From a virus: a stretch of 48,445 nucleotides of DNA. The stretch covers positions 1 through 48,445 of IMG/VR virus record IMGVR_UViG_3300021321_000001, one strand, 5' to 3'. The notes under the pieces were generated by a model that saw only the letters and a list, made by a program, of their open reading frames with translations, did no database searches and had not been told where the DNA came from. This document shows positions 1 through 8,445 of the stretch, in pieces (the stretch's first letter is position 1; each line of letters opens with the position of its first letter). The translations under genes and the position numbers were made by a program.

Positions 1-127
1 GGCGGGCGGTGCGATCGATCCGAAGGATGAGGATCTGTATCAAGACCTGATCGGGCCGGAAACCGTGCCGCGTTTAGACGGCAAGGTTCAGCTCGAAAGC
101 AAAGAGGACATGAAGGACCGCGGGCTA
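1..127. repeat. Terminal direct repeat, identical to 48319..48445; overlap of a circular assembly
   Basis: Compared base by base over all 127 nt. It lies inside the terL reading frame. Confidence 0.95.
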
Positions 128-277
128 CCAAGCCCCAACAAAGGCGATGCGCTGATGCTGACGTTCGCCGAGCCCGTTGCGAAGAAACAGCGCGGCATCG
201 TCGGCGGTACCGTGACGGGGCAGGGCGCGGCCGGCAGTGGCACAGCGGCGACGGATTACGACGCGCTGTCCTGCTGA
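1..277 (+). CDS. terL: Terminase large subunit, C-terminal part (continuation of 47069..48445 across the circular junction)
   Basis: The frame of ATG 47069 continues in phase into nt 2..277, with the stop at 275-277. Track ORF 65..277 is its tail. Confidence 0.9.
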   Translation, partial: AGGAIDPKDEDLYQDLIGPETVPRLDGKVQLESKEDMKDRGLPSPNKGDALMLTFAEPVAKKQRGIVGGTVTGQGAAGSGTAATDYDALSC

Positions 278-403
278 CGGCTGTTCGTGGCGGCAACCAT
301 TGGCGGGTAAGCGTCGGGGAACCCAACGCCCCGCGAATGGTGATCCGCAATGTGCCTCGTTCCCGACATTCCCGCACCGCAGACCCCGGCCGAAACCCAA
401 GCC

Positions 404-553
404 ATGAAGCAGCCGGACCAGGGCGCGGTTCGCTCCGATGTCAGTCGGCGCACCACAGATCGCATGCGCGCGGGCTCGAACACCATCCTCACGTCCGGGT
501 CGGGTGTGACCGCGACCGCGCCGACGCAGGCCAAGACGCTCCTGGGCCAGTGA
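404..553 (+). CDS. Small hypothetical protein (49 aa)
   Basis: ATG 404 lies within track ORF 350..553. Its stop overlaps the next start (TGATG). No motif recognised. Confidence 0.4.
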   Translation: MKQPDQGAVRSDVSRRTTDRMRAGSNTILTSGSGVTATAPTQAKTLLGQ

Positions 554-726
554 TGAAGTTCCGCCTGCTCGACAAGGACGGCGAGACGGAAGTGCATTCG
601 GGCGTCATGGCTCGGATGAAGCCGGCTCAAACCGTGTCCTGGGGAAGCCGGGCGTTTGTCTATTTCGAGATGCCCGACGACGTCGCGGTCTACCGCGAGG
701 CCGACAATTTCAGGATCGGCAAATGA
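553..726 (+). CDS. Small hypothetical protein (57 aa)
   Basis: ATG 553 is in the frame of track ORF 337..726. It is coupled at both ends: TGATG upstream and ATGA with the portal start. Confidence 0.5.
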   Translation: MKFRLLDKDGETEVHSGVMARMKPAQTVSWGSRAFVYFEMPDDVAVYREADNFRIGK

Positions 727-2423
727 CCGTCAACGCGCCGCGCTTCGAAACGCAAATCCAGTACCATCGGCGGCGGCTCACCGAGTTGAAGCCCATCCGC
801 CAGCCGTGGGAAAGCGAGTGGGAAGGCGTTGCCACGTTCATCGATCCGACGCGGCTGCGATTGACCAACCGCGACGAGCGCGCAATCAGCCGCAAGGCGA
901 TCATCGATAGCAGCGGGACGTTCGCCTATCGCACGCTCAAGTCCGGCATGCATTCCGGCCTCACGTCGCCCGCGCGGCCGTGGTTCCGCCTGACGACGTT
1001 CGATCCCGATCTGAAGGACTTCGCGCCCGTCAAGGAATATCTCGCGGCTGTCGAGCAGCGCATGCGCGAGGTGTTCTCGGCCTCGAACATCTATCCGTCG
1101 TTTCATACCGGCTATGGCGATCTCGCGCTGTTCGGCCAGCCGTGCGGCCTCCTCGCAGAGGACGATGACAAGTTCGTCCGGATGCAACAGCTCCTCAATG
1201 GGCGGTTCTGGATTGCGCGCGATGAGAACGGGCGCGCGACGACGCTGTATCGGCAATTCCGCTGGAGCGTCGCGCGGATCGTGTCGCGGTTCGGCTATGC
1301 CGCCGTTGCGCGCGTCAGCAACTCGATCAAGACCGCGTATGACAACGGCAAGTATGACCAGATTTATGACGTCTGCCATGCGGTCGAGCCGCGTCTAAAC
1401 CGCGAGCCGGGCATGATCGACAAGAAGAACAAGCCGTTCCTTTCGAACTACTGGCTCGACACGTCTACGGACAACAACGCTCTCCTTGAGGAAAGCGGGT
1501 TCGATGACAACCCGATCATTGCCCCGGTGTGGGAGCTGGCCGGCGACGATCACTATTCGACCTCGCCGGGGCAGGACGCCGTTGCCGACGTGAAGATGCT
1601 CCAGAAAGAGCAGACGCGGAAGCTGGAAGGCATCGACAAGCTCGTCCGTCCGCCGATGACCGGGCCGACGTCGCTGCGCAACAACCCGGCGTCGTTGCTG
1701 CCTGGATCGGTGACGTATGTCGATGACCCGACCGGCAAGGGCTACCGGCCTGCGATGGAGGTCCGGCTTTCGCTCGCCGACCTCAAGGAAGATATCCGCG
1801 ACGTGCGGGAGCGGCTGAACAAGTTCATGTATGCCGATCTGTTCCTGATGCTCGCCAACATGGAAGGCATCCAGCCGCGCAACACGCTGGAGATCGCGGA
1901 GCGCAAAGAGGAAAAGTTGCTCGCGCTCGGGCCGGTGCTTGAAAACGTCTACAACGGCCAGCTTGAACCGGTCATTGATCGGACGTTCAACATCCTGAAC
2001 CGTCGCGGCCAGTTGCCGCCGCCTCCGCGCGAGATCGCTGAACAGGAACTCAAGATTGAGTACATCTCAATCCTGGCTCAAGCGCAGAAGGCCGTTGCCA
2101 CGGGCGCGATCGAGCGGTTCTCCGGGTTCGTCGGGCAGATGGCGGCCGTCAAGCCGGACGTGCTCGACAAGTGGGACGCCGACGAGACAGCCGATCAGTA
2201 TGCGGACATGCTCGGCGTGCCGCCCTCGATTGTTGTGTCCGACGACAAGGTCAAGGCAACGCGCGATGCGCGCGCTCAGAGGCAGCAGCAGGCAGAACGC
2301 GCCGAGATGATGGCGACCGTTGCGCCGGCTGTGAAGCAGGGCGCGGACGCCGCCAGCGTGCTTGCGAGCGCGGGCCAAAATCCGGGCGGGCAGGCGCTCC
2401 TACAGCAAATCGGCATTTCGTGA
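723..2423 (+). CDS. Portal (head-to-tail connector) protein, T7 gp8-like
   Basis: 566 aa, positioned after terL. The IIDSSGTFAYRTLKSGMHSGLTSPARPWFRL motif is typical of podoviral connector proteins. Confidence 0.85.
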   Translation: MTVNAPRFETQIQYHRRRLTELKPIRQPWESEWEGVATFIDPTRLRLTNRDERAISRKAIIDSSGTFAYRTLKSGMHSGLTSPARPWFRLTTFDPDLKDFAPVKEYLAAVEQRMREVFSASNIYPSFHTGYGDLALFGQPCGLLAEDDDKFVRMQQLLNGRFWIARDENGRATTLYRQFRWSVARIVSRFGYAAVARVSNSIKTAYDNGKYDQIYDVCHAVEPRLNREPGMIDKKNKPFLSNYWLDTSTDNNALLEESGFDDNPIIAPVWELAGDDHYSTSPGQDAVADVKMLQKEQTRKLEGIDKLVRPPMTGPTSLRNNPASLLPGSVTYVDDPTGKGYRPAMEVRLSLADLKEDIRDVRERLNKFMYADLFLMLANMEGIQPRNTLEIAERKEEKLLALGPVLENVYNGQLEPVIDRTFNILNRRGQLPPPPREIAEQELKIEYISILAQAQKAVATGAIERFSGFVGQMAAVKPDVLDKWDADETADQYADMLGVPPSIVVSDDKVKATRDARAQRQQQAERAEMMATVAPAVKQGADAASVLASAGQNPGGQALLQQIGIS

Positions 2424-2431
2424 GGTTTGGG

Positions 2432-2758
2432 ATGTGGCGAACGATCTTCGCGGCTGCGGTTCTCCTCGTGTCGCTGGGCACGGCCGACGCACGGCCGCGC
2501 GCATGGTGCGGGTGGTGGATGGGGCAGCATCTCGGCAAGCTCGATCGCTCGCTGTGGCTCGCGCGAAATTGGGCGCGCGTCGGATCGCCCGCTAGCGGTC
2601 CAGGCGAGGGCGTGATTGTCGTGTGGCGGCATCACGTCGGGATCATCACCGGCCGCGCGGCCAATGGCGAATGGATCGTCAAGAGCGGCAATGACGGCAA
2701 CCGCGTGCGCGAGCGTGCGCCCTCACTGTCCCGCGTCATCGCCTATCGGGTGCCGTGA
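2432..2758 (+). CDS. Secreted CHAP / NlpC-P60-like (TIGR02594-like) cell-wall hydrolase candidate
   Basis: Signal-peptide-like N-terminus MWRTIFAAAVLLVSLGTADA. Cys in AWCGWW, His in VWRHHVGII, and an SGNDGNRV motif. Confidence 0.55.
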   Translation: MWRTIFAAAVLLVSLGTADARPRAWCGWWMGQHLGKLDRSLWLARNWARVGSPASGPGEGVIVVWRHHVGIITGRAANGEWIVKSGNDGNRVRERAPSLSRVIAYRVP

Positions 2759-2850
2759 TGCTGATGTGGTGGCCGCTGTACGCCTATTCGATCGGGTTCG
2801 GCCTGCTCGGGCTGTGGTGTGCGCTGGAGCCTGAGGCCGGCGAGCAATGA
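2758..2850 (+). CDS. 30-aa hydrophobic peptide (MLMWWPLYAYSIGFGLLGLWCALEPEAGEQ)
   Basis: Below the ORF-track cutoff and translated by hand. TGATG overlap upstream and ATGA overlap downstream. One predicted TM segment. Confidence 0.4.
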   Translation: MLMWWPLYAYSIGFGLLGLWCALEPEAGEQ

Positions 2851-3197
2851 GCGATTTGACCGAACAACTCTCGCCGGAAGAAGAAATCGCCCGCGCCGAA
2901 TTGGCGAGGGCGTTTCACGACGTCCTTGCGACGGTCTCGGGCAAGCGCGTCCTCTATTGGGTCCTGGAGGTGTGCGCGATCTACCGCGACGCCTTCGCAG
3001 GCGACAACAACGTGACGAACTACACGCTAGGCCGACAAGCGGCCGGGCGCGAGCTGATCGCAAAGCTCGATGAGATCGACCCCCGGTTTTATCCGTCGCT
3101 CCTGATGGCGATGGCTGAGATCAGGGAAATGGACCGCGCGGCGGCGCGTGCAACCGCCGAGAGAGAGAAAGGAAACGACGATGATCTTGAGGGGTAA
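2847..3197 (+). CDS. Head-module protein of unknown function
   Basis: 116-aa track ORF between portal and scaffold, coupled to its neighbours. Confidence 0.6.
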   Translation: MSDLTEQLSPEEEIARAELARAFHDVLATVSGKRVLYWVLEVCAIYRDAFAGDNNVTNYTLGRQAAGRELIAKLDEIDPRFYPSLLMAMAEIREMDRAAARATAEREKGNDDDLEG

Positions 3198-4059
3198 TCT
3201 TGCGCGCCATCTGATATCCGCCGCCGTGTTCAACGCGGAGGCTGGGGCCGGTGGCGGGGGTGGCAACGTGACGCCGCCCGCTGGCGATCCGCCCGCGCCG
3301 AAGGCCGATCCCGCGAAGCCTGCGGCCGATCCCGCCGCGAGCGTGCTGTTCCCGAACGAGGGTGGCGATCCGAAAGCCTCGCCCGCTGCCGGTGATCCTC
3401 CGAAGGAAGGCGACAAGCCGAAAGCCGACGACTGGAAAGAGTATGTGCCCGATCCGAAGAAGTCGGACGCGGAGAACGCCGCCGCGAAGGTCGAGCACGA
3501 CAAGACGAAGCCGGCCGCCGCCGATCCGCTCGACGTCGTTCCGGCCGATGGCAAGTACACCATCACCGCGCCGGAAGGCGTCCAGGTCGATCAGGAAATG
3601 GTCGATGCGCTCGCTCCCGCGTTCAAGGAAATCGGCCTGACCGGCAAGCAGGCGCAGCAGCTCGCGGACAAGTTCACGGAGATGCAGACGAAGCGCGCGA
3701 AGGAATACGCCGACAGGCCGGAAGGTCAGTGGTCGATGGCGTCCTATGCGTATTTCCAGAAGAACGGCACGCCCGACAAGTGGGCCGATGCCGCCAAGGC
3801 GGACAAGGACATTGGCGGCACGAAATGGGACGGCACCGTTTCAACCGCCGTCCGCGCCGTCAACACGCTCGGCTCGCCCGGCCTCAAAGAATATTTCGAG
3901 GCGAGTGGTGCCGGCAACCATCCCGAGGTTATCCGCTTCATGGCGAAGGTCGGGGCCATGATCAAAGAGGACAATCCGGCCGATGGCGGTGCAGGTGGAT
4001 CGGGCAAGCCGGTCGATGCTGCGCACGTGCTCTTTCCGAACGACGCACCGAAAGGCTGA
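3181..4059 (+). CDS. Scaffolding protein candidate
   Basis: ATG 3181 follows AAAGGAAAC. Pro/Ala/Lys-rich low-complexity N-terminus, helical C-terminal part, located directly upstream of the major capsid gene. Confidence 0.6.
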   Translation: MILRGNLARHLISAAVFNAEAGAGGGGGNVTPPAGDPPAPKADPAKPAADPAASVLFPNEGGDPKASPAAGDPPKEGDKPKADDWKEYVPDPKKSDAENAAAKVEHDKTKPAAADPLDVVPADGKYTITAPEGVQVDQEMVDALAPAFKEIGLTGKQAQQLADKFTEMQTKRAKEYADRPEGQWSMASYAYFQKNGTPDKWADAAKADKDIGGTKWDGTVSTAVRAVNTLGSPGLKEYFEASGAGNHPEVIRFMAKVGAMIKEDNPADGGAGGSGKPVDAAHVLFPNDAPKG

Positions 4060-4065
4060 TGAAAT

Positions 4066-5103
4066 ATGGCGACTATCGGACAATCCTATCCCACCCTGAT
4101 CGACGCCTATAAGGGCTCGGCCGAGGGCACCGTGATCGAAATCCTGAACCGGCAGAACCCGGTTCTCGACGACGCAATCGCAACTCAGTGCAACATGGAC
4201 GCCCTGCACCGGCACATGATCCGCACCGGTATGCCCACCGTGGCTTGGGGCCGTCTCTATCAGGGCGTGCCGCAGTCCAAGGCGACGATGCAACAGGTCG
4301 ATGACACGACTGGCTTCCTGGAAGCCATGTCCGGCGTCGATACCCGCCTGCTCGCGCTCGCGCCCGATCCGGCGAAACAGCGGCTCGTCGATAGCGCGCC
4401 GTACCTGGAAGCCATGAACCAGGAAATGGCGACCGGCATTTTCTATCACGACACCGCGACCACGCCGGAAAAGTTCAAGGGTCTCGCCGCGCGCTTCGCG
4501 GCGTACAACTCGAACGTCCCCGACGTCGCCAAGCCGAACATCGCCAATCAGGTGATCCACGGCGGCGGCGCTGGCTCGGACAATACGTCGATCTGGTTCG
4601 TGACGTGGGGCGATCACGCGACCTCGCTGCTCTACCCGAAGGGCATGAAGGCCGGCGTGTCGATCGCCGACAAGGGCGAACAGCGCGTTCTCGATGCGAA
4701 CGGCAATCCGTATTACGTCAAGGAAACGATGTTCAATTGGCACATCGGCCTTTTCGTGAAGGATTGGCGCTACAACGCTCGCGTCGCGAATATCGATGTG
4801 TCCGACATGCGCGCCGGCTCCGTCGATCTCTGGGCGCTGATGCGCAAGGCCTACTATCGCCTCCAGAGCCGTCGTCGGGACGCGATGTCCAGCCGCATCG
4901 CGATCTACATGAACCGCGAAGTTCTCGAAATCCTCGACGCTCAGTCGAGCGATCGTTCCCTGCTCGCGGCCAACCCGAACTATACCGGGCTGTCGCAGGC
5001 CACCGTCGAGGGCAAGGAAGTCAAGACCTATCGCGGCATTCCGATCCGCGAGACGGATGCGATCCTGAACACCGAGGCGCTGGTTCCCGCCGTCGCGATC
5101 TAA
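4066..5103 (+). CDS. Major capsid protein (HK97-fold type)
   Basis: 345 aa, positioned after the scaffold and followed by a strong hairpin. Sequence resembles podoviral major capsid proteins. Confidence 0.85.
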   Translation: MATIGQSYPTLIDAYKGSAEGTVIEILNRQNPVLDDAIATQCNMDALHRHMIRTGMPTVAWGRLYQGVPQSKATMQQVDDTTGFLEAMSGVDTRLLALAPDPAKQRLVDSAPYLEAMNQEMATGIFYHDTATTPEKFKGLAARFAAYNSNVPDVAKPNIANQVIHGGGAGSDNTSIWFVTWGDHATSLLYPKGMKAGVSIADKGEQRVLDANGNPYYVKETMFNWHIGLFVKDWRYNARVANIDVSDMRAGSVDLWALMRKAYYRLQSRRRDAMSSRIAIYMNREVLEILDAQSSDRSLLAANPNYTGLSQATVEGKEVKTYRGIPIRETDAILNTEALVPAVAI

Positions 5104-5110
5104 CCCGGCC

Positions 5111-5138
5111 CGGCCCGCTTCGGCGGGCCGTTCCTCCC
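5111..5138 (+). terminator. Hairpin after the capsid gene (CGGCCCGC-TTCG-GCGGGCCG) with a weak T/C tail
   Basis: Perfect 8-bp GC stem with a TTCG loop read directly. The U-tract is poor, so it may be a partial terminator or a stabiliser. Confidence 0.4.
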
Positions 5139-5174
5139 GTAGATGGCCGGAAGGCCGAACCTTGAGGCTCACTT

Positions 5175-5594
5175 ATGATCTTCGATCGTCAATCTCTTCT
5201 TTCGGACGCGCAGGCCATCACCGTCACCGCCGCGTCCACCAACATCATCGACCTCGGGCCGATCGCCACCGGCATCGTCCGCGACATCGGCAAGGGCAAG
5301 CAAATCCCGCTGCTGATCCAGGTCATCGAGGCGTTCGCGGCGGCCGGCGCGGCCACGCTGACCGTCGCCCTCCAGGTCGATAACGATGTTGCGTTCGGAT
5401 CGCCCAAGACGGTGTGGACCTCTCCCGCGCTCGCTCTGGCCGATCTGATCGCCGGCAAGGTGATCATCCCGGAGTACATCCAGCGCGGCACGGATGAGCG
5501 CTATTTGCGCCTCAACTACACCGTCGCGACCGGTCCGATGACTGCGGGCAAGATCACGGCCGGCGTCACCATGGGCAATCAGAGCAACGGCTAA
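5175..5594 (+). CDS. Capsid cement/decoration protein candidate (Bbp16-like by recollection)
   Basis: 139 aa immediately after the major capsid gene. The ERYLRLNYTV motif is recalled from BPP-1-type cement proteins. Confidence 0.5.
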   Translation: MIFDRQSLLSDAQAITVTAASTNIIDLGPIATGIVRDIGKGKQIPLLIQVIEAFAAAGAATLTVALQVDNDVAFGSPKTVWTSPALALADLIAGKVIIPEYIQRGTDERYLRLNYTVATGPMTAGKITAGVTMGNQSNG

Positions 5595-5632
5595 CCGCCG
5601 TTGCTTCCCGTTCTCACTGGAGGGACTGAACT

Positions 5633-6121
5633 ATGGTGAAGGTCACTGCGACGACGAAAGGCTATTTCGGCCACGTCGTCCGCGAGATGGGCGAAAGCTT
5701 CGCGATCCCGGACGAGATTTGGGACGACGTGAAGCGGCGGCCGTCCTGGGTCGTTCTCGACAAGGCGGCTGCGGCTTCGGTCGTCGCCACCGTCGAGGCC
5801 GGCGACAAGGGCGAAGGTGTCGGCGGCAACCTCTCGGCCACTGCCGGGCAGAACAAGCCTGCCGCCATCGTCGAGGTGCCGGCCGATTGGTCTAGCCTGC
5901 ATCACAGCAAGCGCAAGGCGCTCGCGAAGCAGATCACGGGCGAGGCCGTCCATGATCTTGCGGCGGCGGACGCGATCATTGCGGCCCACGTCGAGGCGAC
6001 CAAGCCCGCTCCGTTTGCCGATGCGCCCGCGCCGCAGACGGTGGCCCAGGCGCAAGCGGCCACTGGCGGCATGCAGCCCGATTGGGAAGCGCCGGGCGGC
6101 GCTACGCAGGTCGCCGACTAA
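5633..6121 (+). CDS. Hypothetical virion-module protein
   Basis: 162-aa track ORF with GGAGGG upstream, followed by a terminator-like hairpin. Confidence 0.6.
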   Translation: MVKVTATTKGYFGHVVREMGESFAIPDEIWDDVKRRPSWVVLDKAAAASVVATVEAGDKGEGVGGNLSATAGQNKPAAIVEVPADWSSLHHSKRKALAKQITGEAVHDLAAADAIIAAHVEATKPAPFADAPAPQTVAQAQAATGGMQPDWEAPGGATQVAD

Positions 6122-6127
6122 ACGGAC

Positions 6128-6156
6128 GGGGCGGTTCGCCGCCCCTTCCTTCTTCT
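6128..6156 (+). terminator. Intrinsic terminator-like hairpin GGGGCGG-TTCG-CCGCCCC plus a T-rich tail
   Basis: 7-bp GC stem, TTCG loop, then TTCCTTCTTCT. Confidence 0.5.
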
Positions 6157-6169
6157 CGCGGGGTGGGCT

Positions 6170-7681
6170 GTGGCCGATATCTTCAACGATCAGCGCGTCG
6201 TCGGCGTCGTATTCGTGCCCGATGGTACGACGATGTATAACGGCCGGCCGGTTGTTGGCTGCTATGCCGTCAATGACGGCGTGTTCTTCATCGACAATCA
6301 GCGCGTCGTCAAAGGCGTCGAGATCACTGACGGCAGCGTGATCTACAACGATCAGCCCGTTATCGGCGTCGTCGATATCCAGGATGGCCGCAAGCTTTAC
6401 AACAATCAGCTCGTCACTCCACTTGGGGGAGTGGCCGCTCCTCCATGGGTGCTCCGCGCCGGCGGAGTAGCGGCCGCTGTCGATCTGGATTTCGTCAACG
6501 GACAGTATTGGGGCGGCGCGCTCTCTGACCTCGTCTCGCTCACGCGATCATCGACCGGGTATGCGCAAAATAGTGCCGGGTTGCTGACCAGCTTCGCGAC
6601 GAACGCGGCGCGCATCACCGACCTCGGGCTCCTTGTCGAGGACGGGCGGACCAATATCTGCGCGCAGTCCCAAACCTTCGACAATGCCGCGTGGGCGAAG
6701 CTTAGCTTTAACGTTTCCGCCAATACGACCGAGGCCCCCGATGGCACACAAACAGCAGATACTCTGACAGGCAACGGAGCTGCGGGAGCACAGTACCAGT
6801 TAACCTCTACCGCCATATCGTTCACGTCCGGAACCACCTATACGTGGTCGCTTTATGTCAAGGCCGGCACCCAGCAGTGGGTGCAAATGACGATCGGGGC
6901 AGCAGCGTTCTCCGGGCAGGGGTATGCGAATTTCGACCTCATCAACGGCGTCGCTGGAAGCACCGGAGGAACCCTCGTTGGGTCAGGCATTGTTTCTGTC
7001 GGCAACGGCTGGTATCGCATTTGGGTGTCTGCGTCAGCTACAGCGACAACGTCTGCGCCTGCCGCCTTCTATTTTGTCGCTTCCGGCTCTTCTCTGCGGT
7101 CGTCTACCACGACATCAACCGGAACGGCGTTTCTGTGGGGCGCGCAGGTTGAGGCTGGCGCCTACGCGATACCGACGTCGTACATACCAACGACTGCAAG
7201 CTCGGTCATCCGAAGCGGTGATGTTCTTACTGCGCAGGGCGTGCTTGCGAACATCCTCAAAAGTGCGGGTTATTCGTACAACGTCAAGGCAACAGCGCCT
7301 GTGATCCTTGTCAGTGTTGCAAACTCGTATTTGTTGCAATCATCCGACGGAACGCTCAACAACCGAATTGACGCCATGCTCGTCAGCCCCAGCGGGAATG
7401 CATCGTTTCGACATGTGGTCGGAGGAGTTGCGACCGCTCCCGGTGACATTTCGTCGGCCTTTGTGGCTGGGGCAACCCACAATGTCTGTCGCATGGTGTC
7501 GGCGTCGGTAGACACAACTTGGAAAGATGGATTGATCGGAACGTCCGCGGCACAGACGGCAATGCCGGTCGTTACTCAAGTCAACATCGCGCAAGCTTTC
7601 AACGGGCAATCGTTGAATAGTTATCTCAAGCGCCTGTCTGTTTGGTCCTCACCTGTCAGCATGCTCGGAGTGAACCCGTGA
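6170..7681 (+). CDS. Fibre protein with N-terminal 18-aa tandem repeats and a jelly-roll/carbohydrate-binding-like domain (head-spike-fibre type)
   Basis: GTG start. Repeats of type YN(D)QxV(V/I)GV..DG. The WGAQVEAG...TSYIPT motif is recalled from alphaproteobacterial phage/GTA spike fibres. Confidence 0.6.
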   Translation: MADIFNDQRVVGVVFVPDGTTMYNGRPVVGCYAVNDGVFFIDNQRVVKGVEITDGSVIYNDQPVIGVVDIQDGRKLYNNQLVTPLGGVAAPPWVLRAGGVAAAVDLDFVNGQYWGGALSDLVSLTRSSTGYAQNSAGLLTSFATNAARITDLGLLVEDGRTNICAQSQTFDNAAWAKLSFNVSANTTEAPDGTQTADTLTGNGAAGAQYQLTSTAISFTSGTTYTWSLYVKAGTQQWVQMTIGAAAFSGQGYANFDLINGVAGSTGGTLVGSGIVSVGNGWYRIWVSASATATTSAPAAFYFVASGSSLRSSTTTSTGTAFLWGAQVEAGAYAIPTSYIPTTASSVIRSGDVLTAQGVLANILKSAGYSYNVKATAPVILVSVANSYLLQSSDGTLNNRIDAMLVSPSGNASFRHVVGGVATAPGDISSAFVAGATHNVCRMVSASVDTTWKDGLIGTSAAQTAMPVVTQVNIAQAFNGQSLNSYLKRLSVWSSPVSMLGVNP

Positions 7682-8046
7682 AACTGCACCTTCTACAATT
7701 TGACGATGAACCTACCGCCCAAGCCGATGCTGTTGTCGGTGCCTACTGGACGCCTCCGATGGAAGGTGGCGGGGATTCGATCCCGGGCTTTTGGGATCAG
7801 GGCATGACTTTCCCGAACGAGGCTGTGTACATCAGCCAAGTCTTGCAGGGCGGCTTCTGGATCATCGTTGCTCTGCCGAACTCGGACACGACGTTGGCAC
7901 AGCACTCTTCCTGCCGGCTCGCATGGGACAACGAAAGCGCGGTGATCCTCGGCGGCACCTACACCGGCAACGATATGTCGGCGCTGTTCGTGGCTCCCGT
8001 ACCGGCCGGCGCTTACAATCCTTGGAACGGCGCAACGCCTCAGTAG
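7678..8046 (+). CDS. Hypothetical protein (122 aa)
   Basis: GTG 7678 overlaps the upstream stop (GTGA), in the frame of track ORF 7642..8046. Confidence 0.5.
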   Translation: MKLHLLQFDDEPTAQADAVVGAYWTPPMEGGGDSIPGFWDQGMTFPNEAVYISQVLQGGFWIIVALPNSDTTLAQHSSCRLAWDNESAVILGGTYTGNDMSALFVAPVPAGAYNPWNGATPQ

Positions 8047-8094
8047 CCGTCCACTCCCTCAGGGGGAGCGAACGGCTAGCACGGCATAGTTTTC

Positions 8095-8108
8095 GCAACA
8101 ACCATCCG
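8095..8108 (+). promoter_or_regulatory. Copy 1 of the exact 14-mer GCAACAACCATCCG, 54 nt upstream of ATG 8149
   Basis: Identical to 46179..46192 (+) and to the reverse complement of 36387..36400. Confidence 0.5.
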
Positions 8109-8119
8109 GCCCGATCTTG

Positions 8120-8145
8120 CCACCCGTGTCCCACGTCACGGGTGG
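8120..8145 (+). promoter_or_regulatory. 9-bp GC hairpin CCACCCGTG/CACGGGTGG ending 3 nt before ATG 8149
   Basis: Perfect stem read directly. The 3' arm contains the only SD-like purines (GGGTGGAAG). Confidence 0.4.
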
Positions 8146-8148
8146 AAG

Positions 8149-8442
8149 ATGGCAAAGCTCGCAAGCCTCAAGCAAAAATACAGCGACATGGATAAGCCGG
8201 CCGGCGCGTCCAGCGATGAATATTACCCGTCGCTCTACCTCGACGGAAAGCAGATCGAGGCCATGGGCATCGACGCCGCGCGCGTCGGCACCGACATGAC
8301 CATGACCGCGACAGTGCGGGTTTCCAGCGTCAGCGAAAGCAAAGACGGCCACCGCTCGATGTCGTTCGAGATCATCGAGGCGGCGATTGAGGCGAAGAAG
8401 AAAGAGCCGGACGCTGCGTCGGTCCTCTTTCCGAACGGGTGA
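8149..8442 (+). CDS. Small virion-module protein (97 aa) with a C-terminal ASVLFPNG motif
   Basis: Track ORF. Its C-terminal motif is shared with the scaffold candidate. Confidence 0.6.
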   Translation: MAKLASLKQKYSDMDKPAGASSDEYYPSLYLDGKQIEAMGIDAARVGTDMTMTATVRVSSVSESKDGHRSMSFEIIEAAIEAKKKEPDAASVLFPNG

Positions 8443-8445
8443 CGC

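Noticed and set aside
1-127. The 127-bp terminal repeat as a biological direct terminal repeat of the virion DNA
   Set aside because: It lies in the middle of the terL coding sequence and its length equals a standard maximum assembler k-mer. An assembly overlap of a circular or circularly permuted molecule is the simpler explanation.
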